A stretch of 64,000 bases of DNA, from NCBI GenBank assembly GCA_049322915.1, contig JBMOPW010000007.1, positions 389,116 to 453,115 on the forward strand, written 5' to 3'. This DNA is from Candidatus Zhuqueibacterota bacterium (GTDB lineage Bacteria > Zhuqueibacterota > Zhuqueibacteria > Thermofontimicrobiales > Thermofontimicrobiaceae). Below are positions 30,755 through 39,855 of the stretch, one piece after another (the first letter of the stretch is position 1; every line of letters begins with the position of its first letter). The notes under the pieces were generated by a model. That model had not been told where the DNA came from. It did no database searches and saw only the letters and a list, made by a program, of their open reading frames with translations. A program made the position numbers and the translations under genes.

Positions 30755-31651
30755 ATGAACGAAATTACCTTCACAGAAACGCCGTTTGTGCGGCGGAAGA
30801 AATACACTGAGAAGCTGGCGCGCACGATTTTCCTGCTGATGGCGCTGGCGATGATCATCCCGTTGATCGCGATCGTCGGCTACCTTGTCATCAAGGCAAT
30901 GCCGGTCCTTTCGCTCGATTTTATACTGGAGAATCCCACCAATCGCATGCGCTCCGGCGGACTCTGGGCGCCGCTGGTGGGGACAATCTATCTCGTGGTC
31001 ATTTCGCTGGTGATTGCCACGCCCACCGGTGTGCTGGCCGCAGTTTACCTGAATGAATACGCGCGCGAAAGCTGGTTCACTCGCGTCATCAATCTGGCGG
31101 TGGTGAATCTTGCCGGCGTTCCCAGCATCGTCCACGCGCTGTTCGGACTGGGCGCGTTCGTGCTGTTCGCCGGTCTGGGACGCTCCATTCTGGCGGCGTC
31201 GCTGACGCTGGCGATCATGACGCTGCCCGTCATCATTGCCAGCACCAAAGAGTCGCTGTCATCGGTGCCCATGGCGTTTCGCGTCGCTTGCTGGAATGTC
31301 GGCGCAACGCGCTGGCAGACCATCCGCTCCATCGTGCTGCCCAATTCCATCAGCGGGATTCTCACTGGCGTGATTTTGCAGGTGTCCCGCGCTGCCGGAG
31401 AAACAGCGCCGATCATGTTCACCGGCGTCGTGTTTTTCAAAGCGTTGGGCGACCACAGCTTTTTCGCCTACGGCTTGTTCGATCAGTGCATGGCTCTGTC
31501 CATGCACCTGTTCACCATTTCCACCCAGGTGACCGGCGTTCCCGAAGCGCTGCCTTACGGCACGGCCGTCGTGCTGATGGCCATTGTGCTGCTGACCAAC
31601 GGGCTGTCGATCATCTTTCGGGTGTACTTGCGGTCGCGGAAGAAGTGGTAA
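30755..31651 (+). CDS. pstA: Phosphate ABC transporter permease
   Basis: AVYLNEY, NLAGVPSIV, GATRWQTI, SRAAGETAP. Confidence 0.93.
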   Translation: MNEITFTETPFVRRKKYTEKLARTIFLLMALAMIIPLIAIVGYLVIKAMPVLSLDFILENPTNRMRSGGLWAPLVGTIYLVVISLVIATPTGVLAAVYLNEYARESWFTRVINLAVVNLAGVPSIVHALFGLGAFVLFAGLGRSILAASLTLAIMTLPVIIASTKESLSSVPMAFRVACWNVGATRWQTIRSIVLPNSISGILTGVILQVSRAAGETAPIMFTGVVFFKALGDHSFFAYGLFDQCMALSMHLFTISTQVTGVPEALPYGTAVVLMAIVLLTNGLSIIFRVYLRSRKKW

Positions 31652-31776
31652 GAATATGCACGACTGCTTTGTCTGGAAAACATCAGGCGAGACATGAAGC
31701 AGATACTTCTATTGCTATTTTGGTTCAATAAATTTCATGAAGAGCAATTGAAGATTTTAAGTGAAAGGCTAATTGA

Positions 31777-31969
31777 ATGAGCCTTGTGCGGGAGGGGGCT
31801 AAGAAACTAATTGAAAATCTCACGGATCAGGCGCCTGGGACGATTTGATGTATGAAATGTTTGTCGGGAAAAAATTGGTGAAGGCTTAAAAGCCGCTGAT
31901 GAAGGAAAGCCAATCTCCCACGTGGATGTCAAAACGAAATGGCTGATTATGCCCTGGGAAAAAATATAA
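31777..31969 (+). pseudogene. Frameshifted small antitoxin-like gene
   Basis: Two frameshifts give MSLVREGAKKLIENLTDQA/WDDLMYEMFV/EKIGEGLKAADEGKPISHVDVK, resembling small partners of RelE/ParE toxins. Confidence 0.55.
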
Positions 31970-32034
31970 AAATGATTGTACAAAAGAATTGGCTAAAATA
32001 AACACGACTGTCGTTCTCGGTTTCTTTTTACCTT

Positions 32035-32076
32035 CGGCCTGTTAGATCAGTGCATGGCGTTGTCCATGCACCTGTT
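32035..32076 (+). repeat. Diverged copy of pstA segment 31471-31512
   Basis: 38/42 nt identical; encodes GLLDQCMALSMHL vs GLFDQCMALSMHL. Confidence 0.9.
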
Positions 32077-32249
32077 ATACCAATGGTGTGAATGAAAAAT
32101 TCATATATAATGAGTTAAGAGAATTTGGATGATTTTGTATTCTGAGAAAATTAGCTATTTGTTGTGTGCATGAAGATGACTTCTTTAGTTTTTAAATAAC
32201 TCCAAATTAAGAGATTACAATCGTAATCATTTAATGAATGGAATATTGT

Positions 32250-32540
32250 ATGGATCGAGAGAAAATTATTCAAACATTAAAGAAATTCAAAGAAGAGAAT
32301 AAAGATAAATATCATATAAAGAGTCTTGGACTATTTGGCTCTGTTGCAAAAAATTGCATGAGAGATAATAGCGATATTGATGTGGTAGTAAAATTAACGA
32401 AGCAAGACTTATTTGATTTGATTGGTATTAAGCAAGATTTAGAAGCGCTACTGAAATATCCAATTGATGTGGTTAGTTACAGAGAAAAAATGAATGCCTT
32501 TCTTAAAAAACGGATTGATGAGGAGGCTGTGTATGTATGA
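32250..32540 (+). CDS. Minimal nucleotidyltransferase (MntA-type antitoxin)
   Basis: GLFGSVA, SDIDVVV, DVV; overlaps start of HEPN gene. Confidence 0.88.
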   Translation: MDREKIIQTLKKFKEENKDKYHIKSLGLFGSVAKNCMRDNSDIDVVVKLTKQDLFDLIGIKQDLEALLKYPIDVVSYREKMNAFLKKRIDEEAVYV

Positions 32541-32904
32541 TAAAGAGCTTGCCAGAGAAATACTGCAACAAATTTATCATGCCATAGAAATTGTTTTGCA
32601 GAGATTTGAACCGATAAAAAAGGTAAGTGATTTTACGGATAGTCCTTCAGGGATGGAAAAATTGGATTCGATTTGTATGCAATTAATCGTAATTGGGGAA
32701 GGATAAAAAAATATTGATAAGGTGACAGAGAATTCCATATTGCAGAAATATCCTCAAGTAGAATGGAAAAAAGTGAAAGGACTAAGGGATATAATTACAC
32801 ATCATTATGTTGATATAAATGCAGAAGCTATCTACGATATATGTGAGAATAAAATTACACTTTTGGCTCAAACTATAAAAAAGATATTAAATGATTTTGA
32901 GTAA
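32533..32904 (+). pseudogene. HEPN (DUF86/HepT-type) RNase toxin with in-frame TAA at 32704-32706
   Basis: LIVIGEG*KNIDKVT continues in the same frame to W..KGLRDIITHHY (R-x4-H). Confidence 0.85.
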
Positions 32905-32921
32905 TTATTTTATGAAAACTG

Positions 32922-33054
32922 GTTCAACATCTGGCTTAAGTTGACCCGAAGTGCTCCTTTTGAAATCGAAGTTTCAGAGCGCCGCATTCGTTATTTTCTA
33001 GTGCGAAAGTTCTGTGCGCCGCAACCGTCGGGCAACTTAGCTTCGTTGTTGAAT
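32922..33054 (+). mobile_element. Integron attC recombination site (solo, 133 bp)
   Basis: R'' GTTCAAC, 5-nt spacer, gcttaagttgacccga pairing with tcgggcaacttagc with two extrahelical bases, 6-nt spacer, R' GTTGAAT. Confidence 0.8.
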
Positions 33055-33119
33055 ATTTCCCTTTTGTTGATAACCCTGATGCTTATGGAATTAATTTATA
33101 AAAAAGAATGAATTTGTTC

Positions 33120-33887
33120 ATGTCAGACAATACCCAGAAAAAAATTGAAATTTCCAATCTCTCAGTCAGTTACGGTAAGGTATCGGCCCTGCGCAATATC
33201 TCATTCGATGTGCATCGCAACGAAATTCTGGGCATCATTGGGCCGGCAAAATCAGGGAAATCCACCCTGCTGCAAGCCATTAACCGAACCATCGACCTCA
33301 TCCCTAATGCGAAGGTCGAAGGGACCATTCGCATCGACGGCGAGGACATTTCCAAAATAAAAAATGTTAATGCCCTGCGCCGGAAAATCGGCATGGTTTT
33401 TCCGCTGCCAGTGGGGCTACCGCTATCGATTTACGACAACGTCGCGTTCGCCCCGAGGATGGCCGGCGTGCATCAGCGCGCGGCGCTGGATGAAATTGTC
33501 GAGCGCTGCCTGAAGCAAGCAGCCCTGTGGGATGAAGTGAAAGACCGATTGAAGAGCCTCGGCACCAAGCTCTCCGGCGGACAGCAGCAACGACTGACCA
33601 TTGCGCGGGCATTGTCGCACAATCCGGAAATTCTTTGCCTTGACGAATTCTCCATTGCGGTGGATCCGGTGACCACCATGCGCATCGAGGAGGTACTGAA
33701 GGATTTCAAATCGAAAATAACTATCATTCTGGTCACCAATCTGGTGCAGCAGGCGCGGCGCATCGCCGACCGCACCGCGTTTTTCCTGAACGGCGATCTG
33801 CTGGAAATCGACCGCACCGATGTGATTTTCTCCGATAATCCGGCGCACCGTCAGACGTACGAGTACGTCACCGGCATTTTTGGATAG
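33120..33887 (+). CDS. pstB: Phosphate ABC transporter ATP-binding subunit 1 (degenerate Walker A, Q-loop, H-loop)
   Basis: GPAKSGKS, GMVFPLP, LSGGQQQRL, LDEF, VTNLVQQARR, YVTGIFG. Confidence 0.85.
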   Translation: MSDNTQKKIEISNLSVSYGKVSALRNISFDVHRNEILGIIGPAKSGKSTLLQAINRTIDLIPNAKVEGTIRIDGEDISKIKNVNALRRKIGMVFPLPVGLPLSIYDNVAFAPRMAGVHQRAALDEIVERCLKQAALWDEVKDRLKSLGTKLSGGQQQRLTIARALSHNPEILCLDEFSIAVDPVTTMRIEEVLKDFKSKITIILVTNLVQQARRIADRTAFFLNGDLLEIDRTDVIFSDNPAHRQTYEYVTGIFG

Positions 33888-33973
33888 GCCGAACCGACCT
33901 GATCCGGCGAAACGCAAATCCGTTGTGGATTGACAAATCAATCAGTTATATCTCACAAAATCGAATTGACAAA

Positions 33974-34750
33974 ATGAACGAAGCACCCACATACAGCGTT
34001 GAAACGCACAATCTCAATCTCTGGTATGGGTCATTTCAGGCGCTGAATAACATCAACGTCAAAATCAAAGACCGACTCATCACCGGGCTCATCGGTCCCT
34101 CCGGCTGCGGCAAGACCACCCTGCTCCGCACGTTCAACCGCATCAACGAACGCTATGGAAACGTCACCACAGTCGGCGAGATAAAAATTTTCAACAAGAA
34201 TATTTATGACGAAGACGTTTCGCTGATCGAACTGCGCAAAAGCGTGGGCATGGTCTTTCAGCGGCCAAATCCGCTGCCGATATCCATCTATGAAAATATC
34301 GTCTTTGGCATGCGCCTGCATTTCGGCGCCACGACGCTGAAAAAATCCGAGTTGGACGCGTCCGTCGAACAGTCGCTGAAGGACGTTTTTCTCTGGGATG
34401 ATTTGAAGGACAAGCTCAAAAAGCAGGCCACCAGCCTGCAACTGGAGCAGCAGCAGAAATTGTGCATCGCTCGGTTGTTGCCTTTGAAACCGCGCGTCAT
34501 TCTGATGGACGAACCCTGCTCCGCGCTTGATGTGGAAGGCACCCGCGCCGTGGAAGACTTGATGCTCAGCCTGCAGGAAAAATTCACTATTATCATTGTC
34601 ACGCACAACATGGCCCAGGCGCGCCGAGTGAGCGATGAATGTATTTTTATGCTCCTCGGCGAATTGATCGAACACAGCGATACCGACGATCTCTTCCTCA
34701 ATCCCCGCAATCCCAAAACTGCCGATTACATCGAGGGCCGCTACGGATGA
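33974..34750 (+). CDS. pstB: Phosphate ABC transporter ATP-binding subunit 2 (degenerate signature)
   Basis: GPSGCGKT, GMVFQRPNP, LQLEQQQKL, LMDEPCSALD, VTHNMAQA, YIEGRYG. Confidence 0.88.
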   Translation: MNEAPTYSVETHNLNLWYGSFQALNNINVKIKDRLITGLIGPSGCGKTTLLRTFNRINERYGNVTTVGEIKIFNKNIYDEDVSLIELRKSVGMVFQRPNPLPISIYENIVFGMRLHFGATTLKKSELDASVEQSLKDVFLWDDLKDKLKKQATSLQLEQQQKLCIARLLPLKPRVILMDEPCSALDVEGTRAVEDLMLSLQEKFTIIIVTHNMAQARRVSDECIFMLLGELIEHSDTDDLFLNPRNPKTADYIEGRYG

Positions 34751-35102
34751 TCCAGGCTGAATCCACTCAGCGTTTCTTCGCTGCTCTGCGACCTCCCGAA
34801 AAAGTCCGTCCTCGTTCCAGATAATCCGCAGTACATCCTCGAATCAAATGACCGTCCTGCCGATTCCCGGCATTCTGTCCACAATGCATTGAATTCTAAA
34901 AATTAACCGGCAGTTACCGTATTTGATGAGTCTTCGAATAGCGCAATGGATGATGCGGGTACGGGTATGAAAGGCGAGTTTCCAACGCGGAGCCAGGGCG
35001 GTAAGTGCGTCCCGTTTTGACTGTGGCAAAGATAAATCGGATCCCTTCAGCCAGAGGCAGTCCGCTCAGTCAGCGTCGAATGGCTGCATCACAGCGGCTG
35101 CG

Positions 35103-36572
35103 TCAGTTCTGCTCGTCCATTTGGTAGGCGATGGATTTTCGATCCGGGCCGGTCGTTCGCCGGAAATAATTCCATTTGGGAAAATTGAAGTCCGAGGTGA
35201 TGGATTTAGGCAGCAACAGCACCGCTTTTAAAAATGATTCCAGGTCAGGCACGTTGTAAATATTGACGCTGAAACCCCAAAAGTCCATCTGGTCGAGGAT
35301 GTCCGGCAGATCCGGCGTATTCCAACTCAGGGAAAATCGGTTGACGCCCCGGGATTTTAAAAGCAGCAGATATTCGTGGGCTTCCTCCGGTGCCTGTCGC
35401 ATCTGAAAAATCAAATTGTCAATAGGGCATTGAATGATGGCCAGTGGATGGGTTTTCATCAACTTTTGGAAACCGGACTCAATGATGACATCGGTGCGGC
35501 CGTTGAACCACAGATAGTAATCATTAATCTTGTATTGCTCCACGAGCGCCAGCAGACGATCCAGCACGTCCCCGCCTTCCTTGATGTCCAGCTTGATGGA
35601 TTTGTTGGCACTCAGTATCTGTTCGAACATGTCGCTCAGAAGCAGGAGTTTCTCGTTCGGTTTTTGGGGCGAGGATTCGAACGATTCGCTGCGCAGAACA
35701 AGCGCACCCGTGGCCGGGTCGGTGCGGACATCGACCTCAGCCCATTCCACATTGGAATCCAGAAAACTGCGCAGATTGGATTCATCGTTCACCCTGTGCC
35801 AGACAAACTGGACATTGCGGGGCAGGGAGCGCTCCCGAACCAGATCGACGATGTCGTATTGCTTGCCGCTCATCGAATTGGTGGGAAGGCTCTGTCGCTG
35901 CGACTCAAAGATCGTGTCCGCGTGGAGAAGCAGTATCTCTTTATTGGTTCTGTTTTGGGCAATGACCTCCAGATTCGACGGTTCATTATCGATGAACGCC
36001 ACGATCCTGAAACCGATGCGCTGAAAGTGAAAAATGCCGGCGTCTTTGGATTCCGGGATGCCTTTTTCCGGGTCGGAATTCAGATAAATCAATTCATCTC
36101 TGAACGATACCTTGTATTGCCGGCCAAGTTTGTTCAATGAAAGCAGCGTATCCTCCCGCAGCGTTTCCGGGCGGCCGCTGTTCAATCCGACGTAGGTATT
36201 GGGCTGCATCTGAAACCAGCGGATCACTTCCATGACGCCGGAAAATGGCCGATGCGATTCATAAATGGCCAGTGACGACCAGCGCTGTTTTATGTACCAG
36301 CTCAGAATTTTCTTCTCTTCCGCTTCGGGAAGGGATAGCCTTGCCAGAAAGCTGTCCAATTGATTTTCATGAAACGTAATATGAGCTATTTTCAATTGAC
36401 TGAAATATTTGGTGTTGTGAACCTGATCGTATAGCTGAAGCACGTAATGAATCATGTAGCGCATGTCAATGATGGTGCCGTCAATATCAAAAAGGAGCAG
36501 GAGCCGGTCATTCGGATAGCGGTTCCGCATCTTCTCGTAGTGGCAGGCTAATTGTTTCATCCAATTCTTCAT
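35103..36572 (-). CDS. HAD-superfamily domain fused to GDPD/PLC-like phosphodiesterase domain
   Basis: LLFDIDGT, NSGR, FIDNEP; then WHRVN, AEVDVR, IKLDIK, SITSDF. Confidence 0.65.
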   Translation of the reverse strand: MKNWMKQLACHYEKMRNRYPNDRLLLLFDIDGTIIDMRYMIHYVLQLYDQVHNTKYFSQLKIAHITFHENQLDSFLARLSLPEAEEKKILSWYIKQRWSSLAIYESHRPFSGVMEVIRWFQMQPNTYVGLNSGRPETLREDTLLSLNKLGRQYKVSFRDELIYLNSDPEKGIPESKDAGIFHFQRIGFRIVAFIDNEPSNLEVIAQNRTNKEILLLHADTIFESQRQSLPTNSMSGKQYDIVDLVRERSLPRNVQFVWHRVNDESNLRSFLDSNVEWAEVDVRTDPATGALVLRSESFESSPQKPNEKLLLLSDMFEQILSANKSIKLDIKEGGDVLDRLLALVEQYKINDYYLWFNGRTDVIIESGFQKLMKTHPLAIIQCPIDNLIFQMRQAPEEAHEYLLLLKSRGVNRFSLSWNTPDLPDILDQMDFWGFSVNIYNVPDLESFLKAVLLLPKSITSDFNFPKWNYFRRTTGPDRKSIAYQMDEQN

Positions 36573-36831
36573 TGTAATTTCCTGAGATGTCATGTTTTTA
36601 AGGGGCGTTTCGCTCGCCCGAAATTTCAACCGGGCGAGCTAATTTTAAACTATTCTGGTTTGTATTCTTGCCTCAACGTCCTCAAGTCACGAAGTAACAT
36701 GAAGATGTCAATTTCATTTTTAAAACCAAATTCAGCTTTTCAGAATCGATCATTTTGGCAATTTCTTTTTCTTCGCGCCGTTGAGACGGAATAGTGACGC
36801 CACTTTTTCCCTTCATAATTGTAAATATTGA

Positions 36832-36861
36832 ATGTTAACGATATGTTAATGTCAGTTGAAA
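36832..36861 (-). promoter_or_regulatory. Pho-box-like repeats upstream of the HAD-GDPD gene
   Basis: Minus strand tttcaact-gac-attaacat-atc-gttaacat (11-nt period). Confidence 0.55.
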
Positions 36862-37081
36862 TTTTGATTACGAATTCATCTGGTATTTTACACCGGGAAC
36901 TTTTACTGAGGCAATTCATAAAATTGTCATTTCGATGGGCACTCAACATCGTTGAATGGGATGCTGGCTGTCGGCTGAGACGCATTCTCGCCTGTGTCGC
37001 AAGAGCGTCATGGCCTGTGGCAGGCAGAGTGAGGTTGGAACTCAATTTTCAGTAATAATGAAATGGCACAAAGGAGATGTC

Positions 37082-37495
37082 TTGAAAAATAATGAATTAT
37101 TCCACGGATTCTGGATGAAAAAAAATCTGGCATTGTTTGGATTGTCGAGGGATGAAAATTCCGTCAGCCGGCAGATTCATCGCTTGCTGGTCAATCATCA
37201 CTATGCGGTCTACCCGATCAATCCCAATGCCGATACCATCGATTCCATCCGCTGCTATCCTCATGTGGATGCGATCCCGGTTGCGCTGGATGGGGCGATT
37301 GTCATCACCAATCCCAAAATCTCCCTGCGCGTGGTGGATGACCTTTTCCGCAAGGGGATAAAGGACGTTTGGTTTCAACCGGACACGATGGATGACGCGG
37401 TGCGGGAATTGCTGGAAACCAATGAAATGAACTACGTGTATCACTGCGCCCTGGTGTATCACCGGGAGGTCGGCTTCCCACAGCACTCAGACTGA
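37082..37495 (+). CDS. CoA-binding protein
   Basis: RBS aggag + TTG; ALFGLSR, VYPINP, VWFQP, C near C-terminus. Confidence 0.8.
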   Translation: MKNNELFHGFWMKKNLALFGLSRDENSVSRQIHRLLVNHHYAVYPINPNADTIDSIRCYPHVDAIPVALDGAIVITNPKISLRVVDDLFRKGIKDVWFQPDTMDDAVRELLETNEMNYVYHCALVYHREVGFPQHSD

Positions 37496-37537
37496 AGTTG
37501 CGCCGGACTTTGTCCGTCACCTGGGTGAATCGCATGC

Positions 37538-39748
37538 TCAAAATTTATAGCCAATATTGAAATAGGTCATGAAGTTGTAATCTTCGCTGCCCATCACCGT
37601 GAATTCCAGAGGCCCGATGGGCGTGGCCACTCCGAACGATGCGCCTATTCCGGAGATGAACCGATTTCTATCGAACAGGTCGCTTCGGATATTGGTGCTG
37701 TTACCGATATTGGCGTGTAACTGGAGAAATCGCCGCGGCTGCATTTCGTACTGCAAGCCGAGGTAGAGCGCCTGCATGTGCTTTGCCAGGCGTTCCCGAT
37801 ATTTGTACCCCACAAAGGAATCCGCGCCGCCGATGAAAAACGTGTAGGAAATCGGCAGGTCGCTGGCGATGGTCGTTCCCAATTGGATGCGCGTCATCAC
37901 CGCCCACCGGGAATCGAGCGGGTATCGGCCCTGCCAGTCAAACAGGTAATGGGTGAAATTGAGATCGCTGCCGATTCGTTTGCTGGCAAACGTGGCGGAC
38001 ATTTTCAACGAATGGCCTTTGTCCGGAAAGACGGCGCGATTGAAAGTATCCAGCCACATGCGGCCGAACACCGACATGTATTTTTCATCCCGCACCTGAT
38101 AATATTCCGGCCCGATGCGCGGTCGTATCCGGGCAAATTCCGCGCGAACCCCCATTCCGCTCATGACCGTCGTTGAGAAAATAGAACCCAGAAACAATTC
38201 CCCGGTAGTCTGCTTGACGCTCAATCGGGCAATGCGCTGTTTTTGCTGGAAAATATCAATGGATTCATCGAGATAATTGACATTGGCCTGAAAGCCGGAT
38301 GTGCGCAGCAACCCGGTGTGCAGGAAATAGAAAACATCGATCTGGGACCGCTGTCCCAGCGTCAAATCCAGAGCCAGCAATGAACCATGTTCCGCCAGAT
38401 TCCTGAAAGTGGTGTTCATGGTCAGCGATGATTTGGTGGTGCTTTCGTATCTCAATCCGAAGCGGAACACGTCGGCTGTTTTTTCAAAGACGCGGATGAT
38501 CAAATCGATCCCATTCTGAAGGGGGATCAATTTGTACGTGACGCGCTCGAAGAATTGCGTGCTGTACAGTCGGGAGATGGCCTCGTCCAATTCGGCAGAT
38601 GAAATCCACGAGTTCTTTTTGAAATTCAATTCCGCCAGAACCAACCGTTGCGACACGTCGTGCAAGCCTTCAATGGTAAAATCGTGAATATAGAACGAAT
38701 CAATTTTCGCCGGAATGAATCCGGGTTCGTACTTGGCAATCTGAAATGAATCGACCAGCGCGTAGATCTGCGGCAGAACATCCAACGCGGCTTCTTCGCC
38801 CCGTTGAATAATCTTTTGGACCTGAGTGAAACTGAACATATCGAGCCCTTCCATATTGGGCTCGATCAAATAATTGCAGATCTCGCGCTGCTTCAGCCTG
38901 GATTTTGCTTCGACAAAACTCAATGATTGCGTGATGATATCGAGAAACGAATTCAGCTTATCCAGCGGGAGAAGTGTATAGCTGACATCCACGCCGATGA
39001 CAATGTCGGCGCCCATATTTTTGACGTCCTCGGCCGGCAGGTTTCGAACCAGACCGCCGTCCACCAGTAGACGCTTGTCGATGAGGATGGGCGTGAACAC
39101 TGTGGGAATGGCCATGCTGGCGCGAATGGCGTCGGGCAGGAACCCCTCATCCAGCACCACTGCCTCGCCTGTGCCAATGTCCGTTGCCACACAGGCGAAG
39201 GGAATTGGCAATTGGGAGAAGTCATTGATATGATGCGCCGGCCACGCTAATTTGGATAGCATGTCGGTGATTTTCTGGCCGGCAATCAGGCCGGCCGGCA
39301 GCATCACCTTTTTTTCCCGAATGGACAGAACGCCCAGATATTTGCCATCCCACAATTTTTCTTCCATGGAGAGAAAGCGCCGCGAGTGCTCATCCGTCAG
39401 CAGGTCGGGCCAGTAGGTGCTCAGCGCAATCTTTTCAATTTCCCTGGCCTTGTAGCCCATGGCGTACAGCGCGCCGACAACGCTTCCCATGCTGGTGCCG
39501 GCGATGTAGTCGATGGGCATGTCGATTTCCTCCAGCACTTTGAGCACGCCAATGTGAGCGAATCCTTTGGCGCCGCCGCCGCTCAGCGCAAGACCGACTT
39601 TCGGGCGGTACGGCGTTTCCTGGCCGGATACCGGTTTTGTGGAGAGTGCGAGCGCTATCAGGAGGAAAATCAATCCGCTGCGCAGGGATAGCCCCGGCCA
39701 ATTATGGATGGTCGTCTCTCTAAAGATAAGTTTTATTGTGTGTTTCAT
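37538..39748 (-). CDS. Patatin-like phospholipase with POTRA and outer-membrane beta-barrel (PlpD-like)
   Basis: LSGGGAKG, GTSMG, DGG, POTRA, C-terminal YFNIGYKF. Confidence 0.9.
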   Translation of the reverse strand: MKHTIKLIFRETTIHNWPGLSLRSGLIFLLIALALSTKPVSGQETPYRPKVGLALSGGGAKGFAHIGVLKVLEEIDMPIDYIAGTSMGSVVGALYAMGYKAREIEKIALSTYWPDLLTDEHSRRFLSMEEKLWDGKYLGVLSIREKKVMLPAGLIAGQKITDMLSKLAWPAHHINDFSQLPIPFACVATDIGTGEAVVLDEGFLPDAIRASMAIPTVFTPILIDKRLLVDGGLVRNLPAEDVKNMGADIVIGVDVSYTLLPLDKLNSFLDIITQSLSFVEAKSRLKQREICNYLIEPNMEGLDMFSFTQVQKIIQRGEEAALDVLPQIYALVDSFQIAKYEPGFIPAKIDSFYIHDFTIEGLHDVSQRLVLAELNFKKNSWISSAELDEAISRLYSTQFFERVTYKLIPLQNGIDLIIRVFEKTADVFRFGLRYESTTKSSLTMNTTFRNLAEHGSLLALDLTLGQRSQIDVFYFLHTGLLRTSGFQANVNYLDESIDIFQQKQRIARLSVKQTTGELFLGSIFSTTVMSGMGVRAEFARIRPRIGPEYYQVRDEKYMSVFGRMWLDTFNRAVFPDKGHSLKMSATFASKRIGSDLNFTHYLFDWQGRYPLDSRWAVMTRIQLGTTIASDLPISYTFFIGGADSFVGYKYRERLAKHMQALYLGLQYEMQPRRFLQLHANIGNSTNIRSDLFDRNRFISGIGASFGVATPIGPLEFTVMGSEDYNFMTYFNIGYKF

Positions 39749-39855
39749 TTCCAAGCCGTTCTGTCGAGTTATACAAAGCAGTTCAGTGTCAATGCGCTCC
39801 TCTGTGTTGTTCTGAAAATCCGAAGCGCAGGGATGGCAGATCGCAGCCGGGAGTT

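Noticed and set aside
31659..31780. RelE-like toxin C-terminal remnant (QILLLLFW..EEQLKILSERLIE)
   Set aside because: Too short and lacking a start; resemblance could be chance
32704..32706. Recoded stop or alternative genetic code
   Set aside because: TAA terminates many ordinary genes in this window; a nonsense mutation is simpler
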